The notes: generated by a model not told the origin, from the sequence alone. Positions 12,917 through 25,912 are shown, numbered from the whole stretch's first letter. The stretch: 62,575 nt of DNA, filler included, from Sluysia triapertura (GCA_046118255.1; 5 parts of 5 records of this genome joined end to end with filler, not necessarily neighbours in it), one strand, 5' to 3'. Numbers and translations: made by a program.

Positions 12917-12935
12917 AGATAAATATATAAGATAA
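12917..12935 (-). promoter_or_regulatory. TATA-like box flanked by two GATA (AGATAA) motifs upstream of the secreted gene
   Basis: The plus strand reads AGATAAATATATAAGATAA, 45-63 nt upstream of the ATG at 12872. Such motifs are common by chance in AT-rich DNA. Confidence 0.3.
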
Positions 12936-13305
12936 AAGCCATTGGAAACGGACTATTGTCTACGATGTATTAAATTTGTGATATTAAAGTAAAAAAAGTT
13001 TCGGCTTCATCCATTATTCAACAAATATTCAACAAAATGAGAAAATACAATATTATTATTATTATTTAAAATTTTAATATTATAATAATTTAGCAGTTAA
13101 TAAAATTAATAAATGTTTAATGAAGTAAATAATTTTTACTCAAAAATTCAAAGTCAAGAAAAACTTCGAATTTTGAAAATGGAAAAACGATAATTTATAT
13201 ATGTCATTAAAATATAGTGAACGAAAAGTAAGAATGAAGAATAGTGTTTAGTATGCTTACTTATCCAAGAAAAGACCTAAGTAAGAACATTTTAGAAGAC
13301 TTATA

Positions 13306-13334
13306 TGTTGGGATATAGGCCTAAGGTGCCATTT
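13306..13334 (+). mobile_element. Family A 5' terminus only
   Basis: TGTTGGGATATAGGCCTAAGGTGCCATTT matches the 28165 copy at 27 of 29 nt; downstream sequence is unrelated to the tRNA module. Confidence 0.75.
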
Positions 13335-14223
13335 CACAGCTAGACCGGAGGATTTTGACAAAAAGGAGGTCTACTACTAAAGTTACGTAAACACTTACCT
13401 TACAAAAAGAATATTTCCTTATAAAATTTAATTCTGCAAATTTATTTAGTCTGAAGCTAGTGTTTAGTTTAATTTCTTAGTTAATATCAGATTCGCTTTC
13501 TATTCGTGAATAAAGTTTATAAATATTTTATATAGGATAATACGTAAACAGGATCTTCAAAGAAAGATTTATATATTTGTAAAAAAATCAATTAACAATA
13601 ATAATATTGAAACTATTTTTAGGACCGCTATTTAGCAATATTATTTTCAACAATAAATTCTTCAATATTAAATAACCGTAGTGGTTAATTATCTATTTAT
13701 ACTCTTAGTATTACGTAGTTTGGTTTCTTAACATTTAATGTGGTTCCCTTTTAAACAGAACCAACAAAATTAATTTTTTAAAGTACAAACCTTTTTATAA
13801 TTCTAATACCAAAAATCAATATTAGATTTGTTGGGGCCTGTCGATTCTTTAAATCAAAAGATTATAATCTTATCGAATCGTGGAAAATTTTAATTATGGG
13901 TCATTAATCTTACAACAATATAGACATTCAAGCGAAATTATTTACTTTTACTAATTAAAATACGCAGTGATACAATAAAGAGAACATTTAATGAATTAGA
14001 TATAATAAATGAATAATATTTAATATATAATGACGTGTTAATACCAAATAAATTTGTTAATAGATTTAACTGTTCATTTTGATTACTGTTCTCTTTTATT
14101 ACTTTGACCGTAAGGGCATATTAATTACATGATCCTAGTGATTATAGTGATGATAATGGCTATCTACATTATCGCTTTTAACTTTAAAAGTAAATTCAAA
14201 ATTAAGATAGAGATAACATAGAC

Positions 14224-14278
14224 CAGTGGTGTCAAACCTTTTTGCTTTACGGGCCGCATGATTTGCCTCCGTGGGCCG
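14224..14278 (+). mobile_element. hAT (Charlie/SPIN-like) terminus, cut by an assembly gap
   Basis: CAGTGGTGTCAAACCTTTT...GGGCCGC terminal pattern preceded by ACATAGAC, which fits the TAGA-centred 8-bp target typical of this group. Confidence 0.7.
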
Positions 14279-14378
14279 NNNNNNNNNNNNNNNNNNNNNN
14301 NNNNNNNNNNNNNNNNNNNNNNTTAATTAATTAANNNNNNNNNNNNNNNNNNNNNNNNNNNNNNNNNNNNNNNNNNNN
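14279..14378. other. Assembly gap with artificial TTAATTAATTAA spacer
   Basis: The same N-run/TTAATTAATTAA/N-run 100-nt block recurs at 25604-25703, 36824-36923 and 51323-51422; a plain N gap lies at 37142-37272. Confidence 0.97.
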
Positions 14379-14520
14379 ATTTTTAAGGAGTTAATTTTGA
14401 TAATTACTTCACGTGATTTTTACAGGTACGCCATAGGTAAGTCGTATACTGTAAATGGACTCATAAATATTAATTATTTTGCTGTAGGTAAGTCTTTAGG
14501 TTAAAAAAAGAACCCAGCAA
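14379..14520 (+). repeat. Dispersed repeat, inverted copy at 50632-50770; likely pogo-related
   Basis: High identity to the reverse complement of 50632-50770 (shared GTCGTATACTGTAAA.GGACTCATAAATATTAATTATTTT). The copy at 50699 reads TA-CAGTATACGACTTATC, like a pogo TIR. Confidence 0.8.
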
Positions 14521-14999
14521 CTTCAACAATCATGCTAAATGTTTCAATTTGGAAAGTGGTGAATTTACAATAGAATTTGTTGATAATTTCAATGAACTTG
14601 ATCTACTTGATAAATATCAATTTATGAAATTAGATTTTACTGAAGATGATGTAACCTGGTAAGTGTTTCTAGAAAGGAATGTTATTGTGCTATTCAATTA
14701 ATAAAAAAATACTTCGACCAGCCCGACATGTTTGATTTTAAAGCTATTGAATCAAGTCTCAGAAGTCTTCAAGAAGAATAAAAATATAATTGGATGATAA
14801 AAATTAAAATGTTCGTTTGATTTTTCTTCTTTCTTGTTTTTCTTACTAAAAAACTCCTCTTAACCACCACATTTTTAAATAAAATTTATGTAAATTTTTA
14901 ACAAATTAAAAGACAAAATGGCTAAAAAAATAAATAATTGATGTTTTAAAAAAATTAATTGAATAGTTTAATCAATAATAATTAAATTGGACATTTTCA

Positions 15000-16030
15000 A
15001 GAAACATCAACTGGGCTTAAAAGTCTTTATTAGTGAAAATATTTATTAGCACAGAATAAAAAAAGTACCATTATTTTGAGTGATTAAAAAATCAGTTAAC
15101 GGCTGCGATAATATTGTTGGAATAGATTGGTGTCAAATTCAAGCTCGTTTAAACGATGAAGATCAATATTCAACATATCTAGAATATGACACGTTATAAA
15201 GAGTTAATACACCAATAGACTTCAAAGAAGCAGGTAATAAAATTAATGTTGAGAATGTAAAGGCCAACGAATTTGGTGAATTAAGATAATACGTTCATAA
15301 TTTAAGAAATTACAGTTACCACTTGAGAGACGTGTAAAATATGAAGATATGCAAAAGATGCAAAAAGTTACAAAGAGTTAATGCGCTAATGAACGAAACA
15401 GGGAATGTTGTTAATGATCAGAATGAACAAATTTATGAAGTTTATGATTCCCAATTGGTTGTACAACAAGTGAAATATAATGATTTATTAAAGGATATTC
15501 GAATTTGTCTACAAGGTTTAATAAATAGTATCTTATTCCAACAATTTATACGGCATGTCGAAGTTATCATACCGAATTTCTTCTTAAAAGATCCTATGGA
15601 TGAACTAAAAGAAACAGAACTAATGTTGAAGAAGATATTTTAAATGAAAACTCGATGAAAATTTATTCTTTCCATGATTGTGTCATTTTACTGATTATTA
15701 ATGTGTTAACTCATTATTGTTTTTGATAAAGCTTTATACAATTCGTTTTTTATGAGTAGTTCATCCCTCAAAAATAGTTTAACAAAAAGATGAATAATAA
15801 AAATCTAGTAATTTGTGTTAATTTGATTAAATATTTTGGTACTGATCTAAATATAACAATTGGGAAATACCAATGTATAAATGAATTCCACAGGATAAAA
15901 GAAATAATATATGTTTTTTAATCCTTCCATATGGAATACAATATTTTTTAAAGGTATAGAATAAACAGATGTTATAAGTTAAAGATAAAGTTTAGTAAAG
16001 ATTACGATAAAGACGATTAAGTTCTTAAAT
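15000..16030 (+). pseudogene. Decayed hAT-like transposase remnant
   Basis: Motif traces NGCDNIVG (~15098, cf. TDG..NMVG), QGLINSILFQQFI (~15512, cf. GLNHRQFxxFL) and FNP (~15917); lies near the hAT end at 14224. Confidence 0.35.
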
Positions 16031-17231
16031 ATATGCATAACAATTAAACTTAATTGTAGTGTGATTTTTAACCGTAATACATTCGTGTGTTTGCAAACAC
16101 ATTTCAATTTTTTCGTTTTGAATACTTTAAACTTTATATTCATTACTCCACCTCTCGTAAAATGCTTTGTAAAGAATTTGTGTTTTCCGTATCATCAATT
16201 AAGTGTCAACGTTTTTATTTTTTTAAAACATGAACCTACACCCACATCTTCATCAACAAATAACCATAAAATATACAACATAATCCTTTTTACTCAATGT
16301 ATAACTCTGTGATGTTCTTTTTTATTATAATTTGAGTAACATAAATTTGCATTTAAGGTCAGTGACATGCAATAACAATAACATTATCAAGTTGTTCAAA
16401 ATTAATTTCCACTTTAATAAGGACCTTAAGTCCATATGAATCTTACTTAAGCACCTTAAGTTTCATCACTCAATCATAGTACTTATGAGTACATCTAATT
16501 AATTAATTTCAATTTCATAAAATTTTTACTCTGTAAAGGCTCTTAAATAACCTCATTATTTTAATTTCCATCCTTACAAAATTAAACCATATGTTCAAGC
16601 TAAGTCACTAGTAAAACTGTCTATCTACTTATTATACTTGTAATTTTTACATAAAACTTAAATTATAAATTATTTAAATCAGATTTTTTGAAGCATTAAA
16701 TAAAAAAGCACAGATTTTTAAATGAAGCTATTATAACTTAATTTTAATTTAATTTTTTATTTTTCAAATTATACTGCAATATCTAAAAATATCTTTTTAT
16801 AAAACTGATTTCAGATCTCTACATTGTATCAGAAACAACATCCACGTTAATTTGATTACTTCGTTTATTATGCGAGTAAAAGTATGGTATATGGTAATCT
16901 TTCCTCACATCATAACTAATAATTGGCCAAAGGTTAGTTTAAAGTTAATTTACAATGTACGTCTATTTCCTGAAATTTTAAATTATTATTATCTATTTTA
17001 TTATTAAAATGAAATTAAAATTATTAGAAACAAACATTCATATATACTAAGATTATCATTTATTTAGAAAAATGTATAGTGACACTAAGTTGAATGTGCA
17101 TAATTTTAATAGATTTTTTATTTTAGGATTTTTTAATATATTTTAGTGAAATACATATTCCTTAAATATTATACTACATACTTATACAGCTTATATTAGT
17201 TTTAAGTTAAATTGTGTTGTTAAATAACATA

Positions 17232-18020
17232 CAGTCAACCCTGTTCAATATAAACCCTGCTTAATAAGAAAAATTAAGTCATAAATTATTGAAAACCGAG
17301 AAGCGGAAAATTTATTATTGTTAGACAACGCACCTATTCACCCAAAAGACTTCGAATTGAGCAACATCGAATTATTCTTTTTCCCACCAAATACGTCATG
17401 TCTTATTCAACCTCTTGACCAAGGAATTATAGAAAGTTTTAAAGACTATCATAAGAAGTTTTTGAGCATGTCAATGAATTTTAATTTAAATAATAACGTT
17501 ATACAAGAGATATGGTGCAAAAAGGTTGATTTGTATCAAGCAGTGGTTTGGATTGCGAAATCATGGAATAGTGTAAAACCAGCGACTCTAATTATTTTAC
17601 CAAGTCTTTCGAAAATGCATGTGAATGCTGAATATGATGATTTTCCATGTTTTGTGAGTAATCAAAAACTTGATGAACATCTCACATTTGATCTAGTAGA
17701 GAAGTATGAAAAAGAAAGTTCTGTCGAAGAGGTAGAAGATGCAGTAATGACAGGATACGAAGCCTATGAATATGCAAAAAAAACTTGAAAAATACTTTCA
17801 AGCTGATAAGATGTACAAAAAAGGATCTAATTGATGAAATTCAAGGAGAAAAAGCACCCACACAATTAAAAATCAGACTTTATTGTGTCAAAAAATAAAA
17901 ATTGTAATAAGTATAATAAATATAATTTTTCTGAAAATTATTGTTATTGTTATGTTAATGGATGTTCATATTATTTCTTAATATGATCATTTGAAAAAAA
18001 ATATTAAACAAGGTTAACTG
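17232..18020 (+). mobile_element. Internally deleted pogo/Tigger DNA transposon
   Basis: TA + CAGTCAACCCTGTTCAATAT at the left and ATATTAAACAAGGTTAACTG at the right (17/20 inverted match), enclosing the DDE_1 ORF fragment. Confidence 0.85.
17318..17788 (+). pseudogene. pogo/Tigger DDE_1 transposase C-terminal fragment
   Basis: LDNAPIHP...NIELFFFPPNTSCLIQPLDQGIIESFK...W motifs; the N-terminal HTH and the first catalytic Asp are missing. Confidence 0.9.
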
Positions 18021-18323
18021 TCCTATTATTTCAAGTCTTATGCTCATCTGACTGCATAACTTAAAAAAGTTTCCTCTGTTTATAATGACATGAATAGTAT
18101 TTATTTAAAGTATAATATATCATTATTTATAAATTTTTTCCGCTTTTGTTTCTTTTGAGCGAATAAATCGAAATGAATTATTATCTGTTGAAACTATATA
18201 TGAATAATGACAAATACATTAACATTTCTTGAGGTTATTCAGTTTTATTTATTAGTATTTTTGTTGTTTACCTTCAATTTTGACTCAAAATAACTCATTG
18301 TAACATTGTTCAAGATTAGGTTA

Positions 18324-18446
18324 CACTCAAACCTGTTTTTACGCGATTTTTTGTGCGATCTCATAGTTTAATTAATTCATGAGACCTCACAAAAAACGCA
18401 CAAAAAATCGCACAAATAAAAAATCACATAAAAACAGGTTTGAGTG
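18324..18446. mobile_element. Tc1/mariner-superfamily MITE (123 bp)
   Basis: 29-bp TIRs CACTCAAACCTGTTTTTA(C/T)G(C/T)GATTTTTT with TA on both sides (18322-23 and 18447-48). Confidence 0.9.
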
Positions 18447-18899
18447 TACACAAAAATACATTATAAAAGGTATTAATGCATTTGAACATACATATATACA
18501 TATATATAAAATACATCTATTATCAGAAAATGCATCAATTCATAATCCAAAATAAAGCATAATGATATTAACAATAATATGGATAGTATGAATGTAATAG
18601 CTAAAATAATTATAATGAAATAGTTATAATATGATTATGACTTTAATGCATAAGATACGTATATTGTATAAGCTTTGTATATTTTTTATTGTATAAATTT
18701 TATACCAAATTTAATAAAATGTAAATTAACATTAGCATACATAAACTCAATTCTTCCGACAATTTAAAATCTTTTATCTTAATTATCATTAATATTATTT
18801 AAACAAAACAAAAATATAAATAATTTCGTTTTCTTTAAAAATACATAAATTTGTAATTCTTTTTCTAGCTGTAACATATTTTATAAATATAACATCTGT

Positions 18900-21150
18900 G
18901 GAATTACATCACATCTTTAACATGGTCCTTTATGGGTTTTATGGAACACCTTAAAATGAGATTCGACGACAAGGAATCATGTAATTCGTAATCCCGATTC
19001 ATCTGTGAAGAAAGGCATGTCAAAGGTTGTAGCCTTCTTCTGGGTTTTTTTGTTGCGTTATAGGAATATTGGCGTGGACATCTGATCCGCCGAGCAGCTT
19101 CTGCGTTATCGTGATTATAACCCATCGAATATGCTATAATCACAGAAAGTTAGATGTTCCCGTAGGGGTTTAGATGTATAAGAAAGCCATGCGTGTTCGT
19201 GTTCGTGTTCTTGTAACGTTGTTTCGCAATGCGCAAGCAGTGTATTTGACTTGTACAGTAATTCTGTCATTGCAGGCGTAATGTTACGATTTATGTTGAA
19301 AACTTAGTTATACTCCGTTTTGTTGGTTAAAGTCTGATTAGGCTTAGGTAGATTTTGGGTACTTAGTGTTTGCGGTAAAGTAATGTTAGTAATCTCTGTA
19401 GGTTTTTTAGGTTGAGTCAATTTCTGGTTTATGTTACCTTTTAATTTTCGATCATTTTGTTGATTATTCTGTTTAATTTTATTGAACTTGTATTGATTTG
19501 TTAGAGTAAAAACTTTTCGATGGCCTATTTGATTTGGTCAGATGGTGTATTAGTGTTATGCTTAAAGCACCTGTCATTACTCTGAGATATTGATTTGTTT
19601 CGATTGTTTTGGATTTGATACTGTACGTTCTGGTGATACTGTGCTCAGTTGGTTTGGATATATGACTTGTTTTGAATTTCTTGGTTAAATTGATTATATC
19701 GCCGATTCGTTTTTGGATCTTTGTTACATTATGGTTGGACAGTATCTCGGCAGAACTTATGGATTTTCTCAATATACCAATTTTGCAAACTTGAGCGTAG
19801 GTTTTGTTATCTAGTAGATGTCCATTTATATTTCGGCGAGTGGTTATTTTGAGAAGTCTCTCCTGGCTTGGCGTATCTATTGATTTTAAAACCTTGAATT
19901 GGCTTGTTTGACTTATATTTGGAACGCTCCGGAATAAAAGAACGGGTCAATGTGAGACCGAAGCCGTACCCAACGATTTTATTATACTTGTTTGTTTTAT
20001 ATGTTAAGGGTTTGAGAGTTGTTTGTGAGTGTGATGGTTTATTATGTAATAATGCGGTAAAGTATTGTGTGTAAAGTAAAGGGTGTATATTTGTTTTGTT
20101 TGAGGATGTTTGTATACTTTTAGCGGTTCTACATTTGTGTTCTGTAATGTATTGTTTTGCAGTGGTGGTTGTTTGGGAAAGGTTGTGTCTGGTATTTTTG
20201 TGTCTTGATTTGTCGCCTTTTGAAAATGATTGAATATTTTCTGTTGATTCTATAGGGTGCGTACTTGTTTTATTTAGAGTAGTCCATGTATTGTTGGTGG
20301 TTAGTTGGTTCGTTGTTGATACAAAGTTGTTCTCGTGGTGGTTTATTTTGTTTCACAGAATACTGAGTGGAATCGGAACTTATCTGTTATAAATTTTCAT
20401 TCATTTGGTGTATTAGGTTTACCCGTTGTTCTCGATCGATTATGTTGGTATTGATTTAAGTATTATAAGTATTATAATAATATAAGTATTATAAATGTTT
20501 AAGTAGTTATAAGTATTATAATGATCTCTGGTATTATTCTACACGTATTAGAATAAAGTGCCCATCAGTTATGTTTTTGTTGCTGAGTAGTTGTATCATG
20601 TTGTTGACTATGGTCTCTTCAATATCGATTTTCTACTAATGTGGACTTTTGGAAGTATAGGTTCAAATGTGGACATTTTGTTGGTTTTTGATTGATTGAG
20701 TACGCTAATTTGCATGAAACCTGTCAATTTTTTGGTGTATTGATTGTTGGTTTGTGTTTGGTACAGGTGTTATTGTTTTCTGTGCAAATTGTTTTTGATG
20801 TTTGTATTGAGGAGATTGATATATTTATTGTGTGGTTAGAGTGATTAGAACTTATTTGTTTATCAGTTTGTAGAGTAGTTTGTTGGAATATGTTATTTTT
20901 GAGTAGGTATTGTTCTGAAGGATGTTGGTCGTTTGTGGACCAATATTGTGTTGATGTCATATAGTGTTAAAGTGTTTGACTTTCTTTCTGAGTGTTGTCT
21001 CCCTGTAATTGTTTGTGGTTAGCTGTGAGGGTTATAACTGATTCTAATCAAAGTCTTTATACTAGCAATATTGTTATCTCCTATAGGAAGCTGGGTTTGT
21101 GTAGGAGTATGTTTACGTCATTTATTTTTATATTGAGTTTTTGTGGTCTT
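18900..21150 (-). mobile_element. Decayed retroelement-like N-terminal/ORF1 region
   Basis: Strong G+T skew on the plus strand over 2.2 kb. Minus frames are T/N/K/Q/S-rich, with KTYAQVCK (~19782-19806) and ESHFKVFH, like the end of a C2H2 finger (~18940-18965). No RT seen. Confidence 0.4.
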
Positions 21151-21525
21151 TTGTAGTGTATGGTGTTTAAAAGGATGATGTTTATTTTTAATGTTACTTT
21201 CATTTATAATTATTTTTATTTTCTTTAAATTGATTATCAATTTCTATGAGATTAATTTTATTATTATCATACTTTTACTATTGTAATTTTTATTAATATT
21301 AACACTGTTATCATCATCATCATCATTAAGAACACCAACAATAAAAAGAAAACATTTTCGTTAGAGATGATGATTGTTGATTATTTACCATCTTCTGCAT
21401 ACATAGTCTGCCTATTTGGATCATATAATGTTGCGTCTGTAGGATCTGTTCTTATCCATTTGTAGATAATAACTTTCTTAAATTGGACTTAGATTGTCAC
21501 GAATTTATTTAGAGTTCTATTTAAG

Positions 21526-22147
21526 TAAGGTGACCAGACGTCCCACTTTAGGCGGAACAGTCCCGATTTTTCACAATTTGTCCCGCGTGCCGCGACGTTT
21601 TTCAAAAGTCCCGACTTTTAGAATTAAGTTAAATTTTATATTTATGAAAGTCATTGTTTTCCATTCTAAGAATCCTACGGGATAGGACGACTAACATATT
21701 GCTTTTGCTACCCAGTTACATTGTTTTTGTCTCTCAGATGATACACTTCGTGTTCGTACTGCGTGCTAGCAAGCTAATTAAATAAATAAATATTACAAAT
21801 CTGCTACTTACCATAGAAAATTAAGGTAAATTTTCTTAAACTTCTCTTAAAATATTCGTAGTCTTCATATTTTATATTGATGACAAAAAGTATATAACCG
21901 ACCTTAACCTTAAAAGAAAGAAATATACGAATAAAATTTACGAATAAAAAATCTACTGAAACAAATTCGCTCAAATAAAAAATATGTCAAGTAATAAAAT
22001 ATTATACATTTTTTATATTTATAAATTATACTTATAAAATAAAAAAATATTACATTATTATTTTTATTCTGTATGAAAATTTTTGTTGATACCTCCCCTT
22101 CCTTCAGAGTTGACTCGCTTTGTCCATCTAAAAATTTGGCCACCTTA
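21526..22147. mobile_element. Non-autonomous hAT element (Blackjack-like termini)
   Basis: TAAGGTGACCA...TGGCCACCTTA inverted termini (10/11) with subterminal GTCCCG repeats; the 8-bp TSD is poorly preserved. Confidence 0.7.
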
Positions 22148-22642
22148 AACATAACCAATCTGCGTCAGCATGAGTCCACTGACCTCAACAATACAGTTAC
22201 TGATGAATAATTCTGCGGATCTTATTTGCACAGGATGATAAAAATATTAATAATAGTATCACCACTTGTCGCCAATAACTAATAATAACACTGAATTCAT
22301 TTGACATATTTTATTACTTAAAAGAACCAATATGCGTCCAAAATAATAAATGAATCAAGTGTACAAAATCAGTAATAAGAATAACCCCAAAGCTAAAATA
22401 AATGAATCAAAATTAGATATAGATAGTAAAATCATAGACGCGAAATATAAAATGCTATTTGGATTCAAAAATAAACACATAAGAAAATATTAATTGTATT
22501 GTTAAAAATAATAAGTACCAATTGAAGAGAATATCAAATATTATAAATTTATTAATAAATACACGGCAAAGCTTATTTTACATCCATTGGTAACTTAAAA
22601 TACTCAATTACATAAAAATTGTGAAAGTTGCTATTGGTGTTG

Positions 22643-22749
22643 TGTTGAGATACAGGCCTGGAGTGCTATTTAGTATAATGATATTATAATTGACTACAAT
22701 TATAGCTCAGTAGTCAGTAGCCCGGGTTCGAATCCCGGTCAGTCTAACA
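22643..22749 (+). mobile_element. Family A copy with internal deletions
   Basis: Leader TGTTGAGATACAGGCCTGGAGTGCTATTT, A box TAGCTCAGTAG, perfect B box GGGTTCGAATCCC, end GTCTAACA; flanks GTTG/ATTG (3/4 TSD match). Confidence 0.8.
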
Positions 22750-23019
22750 ATTGAATAAAAATAATTTTCTATTTAAAGAAGAGATTTTGTTACATATTTT
22801 ATCAAAAGTAAATGCAAGAGTATAATTCAAAATCGTGACGGTATGGAAGTATTGAATATTTCTTGGGAATAATTTAACAAGATAATAATAAGATAACAAT
22901 AATAAGATAAGTAAGAAGTTTTATTTAGTTTTAAGAATCTACCTGAGAATATTTAATCATGGAAAGATTATGAAGCATTTGCAAAAAGCTTTCGAATACT
23001 TATTTCACTGTATACTTTA

Positions 23020-23058
<39 letters not shown>
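23020..23058. repeat. (ATT)n microsatellite
   Basis: Perfect trinucleotide run; others at 23259-23321 and 25251-25312. Confidence 0.95.
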
Positions 23059-23258
23059 TAATTTTTGTTTTTAGTGCTCAAAAGGGAAGAGTAAGTACTT
23101 CACCGAATCGATATTCAGCACAAAATGAAAATAAGCGGAAACCTCCACGACCGTCGGAATTACAATCAACTTCAAATGAAAAAGAAAAAATGACCATTTT
23201 AGAAGAAGAAGTCAGTAATTTGTATTAAATTTAAAAAATACTATAAATGCAATATAGG

Positions 23259-23321
<63 letters not shown>

Positions 23322-23955
23322 TGTTATTAAAAGTTATGTTTTCTTTTATTTATTTATCTTTTTTAATAATTCATCTAAATTGAGAATAATCTTCTTTTCC
23401 ATACATTACGTCACAATTTGTAGTCGGTTATGATGTAGTAATTATATTTCAATTTGACAACTATTCAATAATAAATTCATTCTTAATAATATGTCAATTA
23501 ATGAGTATAAATGGTAATATTATTTTTATGATTTAAGTAGCAAATTTTGGGATGTTTTTAAGGATGTTTAAGGCATTTGTTGAAAGAAAGTCTCGTATAA
23601 ATTGATATACGACATTTTATTATGTAACTTCGTACACTGTGTCATCCTTGAAGTAAAAGAGAAGGTGTTTAATGTGATATATTCATGACAAAGTGTTGAG
23701 TTTAAAAAATGAAATATATCTCGTAATAATTACAGACTATAGCAACATAAAAATAACTGAGTTTTTCAGAATTTTAAATGTTTTTCCTTATCGATATTAT
23801 CTAGCGTTAACGAGATACAACTTGTTAAATAAACAGGTGTAAGAGGACATCTTAAATGTTTTCATAGATTCATCGAATAAACATTTCTTTAATCACTGAA
23901 CTTTACCATTAAGAAACAAAGAATTTTTATTCTAACGATAATCTTCGAATTATCA

Positions 23956-24054
23956 TTGGCTTGGTGCATAAGTTCGTGCGGTTTTTTACAATTATGAAAA
24001 ATGCATATTGATCAATAATAAAAACCATACAAAAAAACTTATGCACCAACCCGA
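23956..24054. mobile_element. mariner MITE (99 bp)
   Basis: TTGGCTTGGTGCATAAGTT / AACTTATGCACCAACCCGA inverted ends, resembling TTAGGTTGGTGCA mariner TIRs; TA at the right flank, CA at the left. Confidence 0.8.
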
Positions 24055-25249
24055 TAATTTCAACTTTTCCATCTAAAATGGCACAATTCATCTGATTGGT
24101 TGATCATGTTATATGGTTTTACGCACATTTAACGTAATAAATATTATATTAAAATAATTAATCTTTCAATGATCAAAATTTTAAAAAACAATTAACGTTA
24201 TTCGGGTTATTTTAAATACCTATCTCAAATGTGTATTAATATTTTAAGTAGGTATTTTATGCGGTCTATTTAAAATAACCGTGTTTTCTTACTAAATTAA
24301 ACTTACCTAAGCAAAATGTACTCTAATAGTTATGGCCTCAACCAATGTATGCGATTTGTTTTTAATCTAACTTAAAAGACACACCTCTAGGATTTCAACT
24401 TTATTTTTGTAAAGTATAACTAATTATTGAAACTTTAATGATGTATTTAAATATAACTGCTTATGAATTGGCTTTGTAATTCTTTTGTTTTTCTGCACTT
24501 TTATATTTACACTCTATTTTTAACTTTACTTATAAATTATTACTAATTTGATTATCAACTTCAATCTTTTCTTCTTTCTTATATTAATAATAGAAAACTA
24601 ACAAATGAGGTTTATTAATTACAAAAGAAAACGTTTGTATACCAAAAATTATAATATCCAAACATTTAAATAATATATAGTGCAAGGCAGTAAAATAATA
24701 ATAATAATAAATAATTTAATGAACTAGATTCCTCTAGTGTATTTAATTCAAATTTTTAAAAGAGATTTTGTAACCGGACCTAAGCCAGTGGAAGAAAATT
24801 AATCTATTTTACTGTGCGATTTTGTACCATATTTCTTTCAACTAAATCGTTAAAATATTTTTAAAGTATTCTCAGGAATCAGGTGTTTCCAGGTGCGATC
24901 TGAACAAATTTTCTTCGAAGAATGCTAAATTCTATCTTTTAATTGTCAGGGTCAAGTCCATTTTGATGCCAAAATTCGATTCGTAGGTCAAGTTAGAAAT
25001 GACGATGTTATTATCAGTTTTTTGTTAACTTTTTTAAAATTTTACGAATTCGTAAAAATTCTCCTTTATAATACTTATTCAATTTTACTTATCAAAATAC
25101 CATGTATATTATTTCATATTATCTGTTTAACAGCTTTAATTTTTACAAACAATTATAAAATTTTTTAATTAATTTATATTATATTTATTTTCACAACATA
25201 ATTTTTTAGATAAAATTTAATGAAGTAAGCTAGTTTTTTCTACGAACTG

Positions 25250-25312
<63 letters not shown>

Positions 25313-25389
25313 TAATAAGAAATAATAAAAGTGTAATAAATAACTTAGCTGTAATGTAAAAATTTTCTTATTTCTTTTGCTTAATCTCT

Positions 25390-25603
25390 TTACACTCGAC
25401 TTATTTCTCTTCTTAAGAATTTAGATCTTCTTATCGCTTGCTAAAATATTCAAATATTATTTTATTATTAAAATCCTCACTATATGTTATCAATTCAAAA
25501 CTCTTTATAAAACTCGTAACTACTTTAACTTTATTTAAATATTATCACTTTATATTAAACTTAACTGGAGTCGTGAATTACAATACTCGTCCTAATTGTT
25601 TAG
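25390..25603 (+). repeat. Dispersed repeat homologous to 58480-58700 (probable Gypsy LTR/UTR)
   Basis: Shared TTATCACTTTATATTA..CTTAACTGGAG...ATACTCGTCCT..TTGTT; the second copy abuts the 5' side of a Gypsy remnant. Confidence 0.65.
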
Positions 25604-25754
25604 NNNNNNNNNNNNNNNNNNNNNNNNNNNNNNNNNNNNNNNNNNNNTTAATTAATTAANNNNNNNNNNNNNNNNNNNNNNNNNNNNNNNNNNNNNNNNN
25701 NNNAAATTCCTTTAAGCCATTTTGAGTCGCAAAAGCTAGTAATTTTTAAAGACG

Positions 25755-25758
<4 letters not shown>

Positions 25759-25798
<40 letters not shown>
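25759..25798. repeat. (AT)n microsatellite
   Basis: Perfect dinucleotide run. Confidence 0.95.
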
Positions 25799-25800
<2 letters not shown>

Positions 25801-25912
25801 CGAAAAACTGCGAGTCGGAATCATTATTTATGCACATTCAACGTCGAGAAGATCGTTCAAAACTCCTGCACATATAAATACATTTTTGGGAAATCAGAGA
25901 CATAATTATATC

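Larger units (their letters stand above)
21370..23210 (+). pseudogene. Ankyrin-repeat-like pseudogene interrupted by two elements
   Basis: Fragments AYIVCLFGSYNVA, MSPL, NTEFI*HILLLKEPICVQNNK, frameshifted IVKLLL, FVTYFIKSKCKSIIQNRDG, NLPENI and NHGKIMKHLQKA. An exon-like segment 23075-23210 is bounded by TTTTTAG and GTCAGT. Confidence 0.45.

Noticed and set aside
14323-14334. TTAATTAATTAA palindrome recurring four times
   Set aside because: Always centred in identical N blocks; an artificial scaffolding spacer with stops in all six frames.
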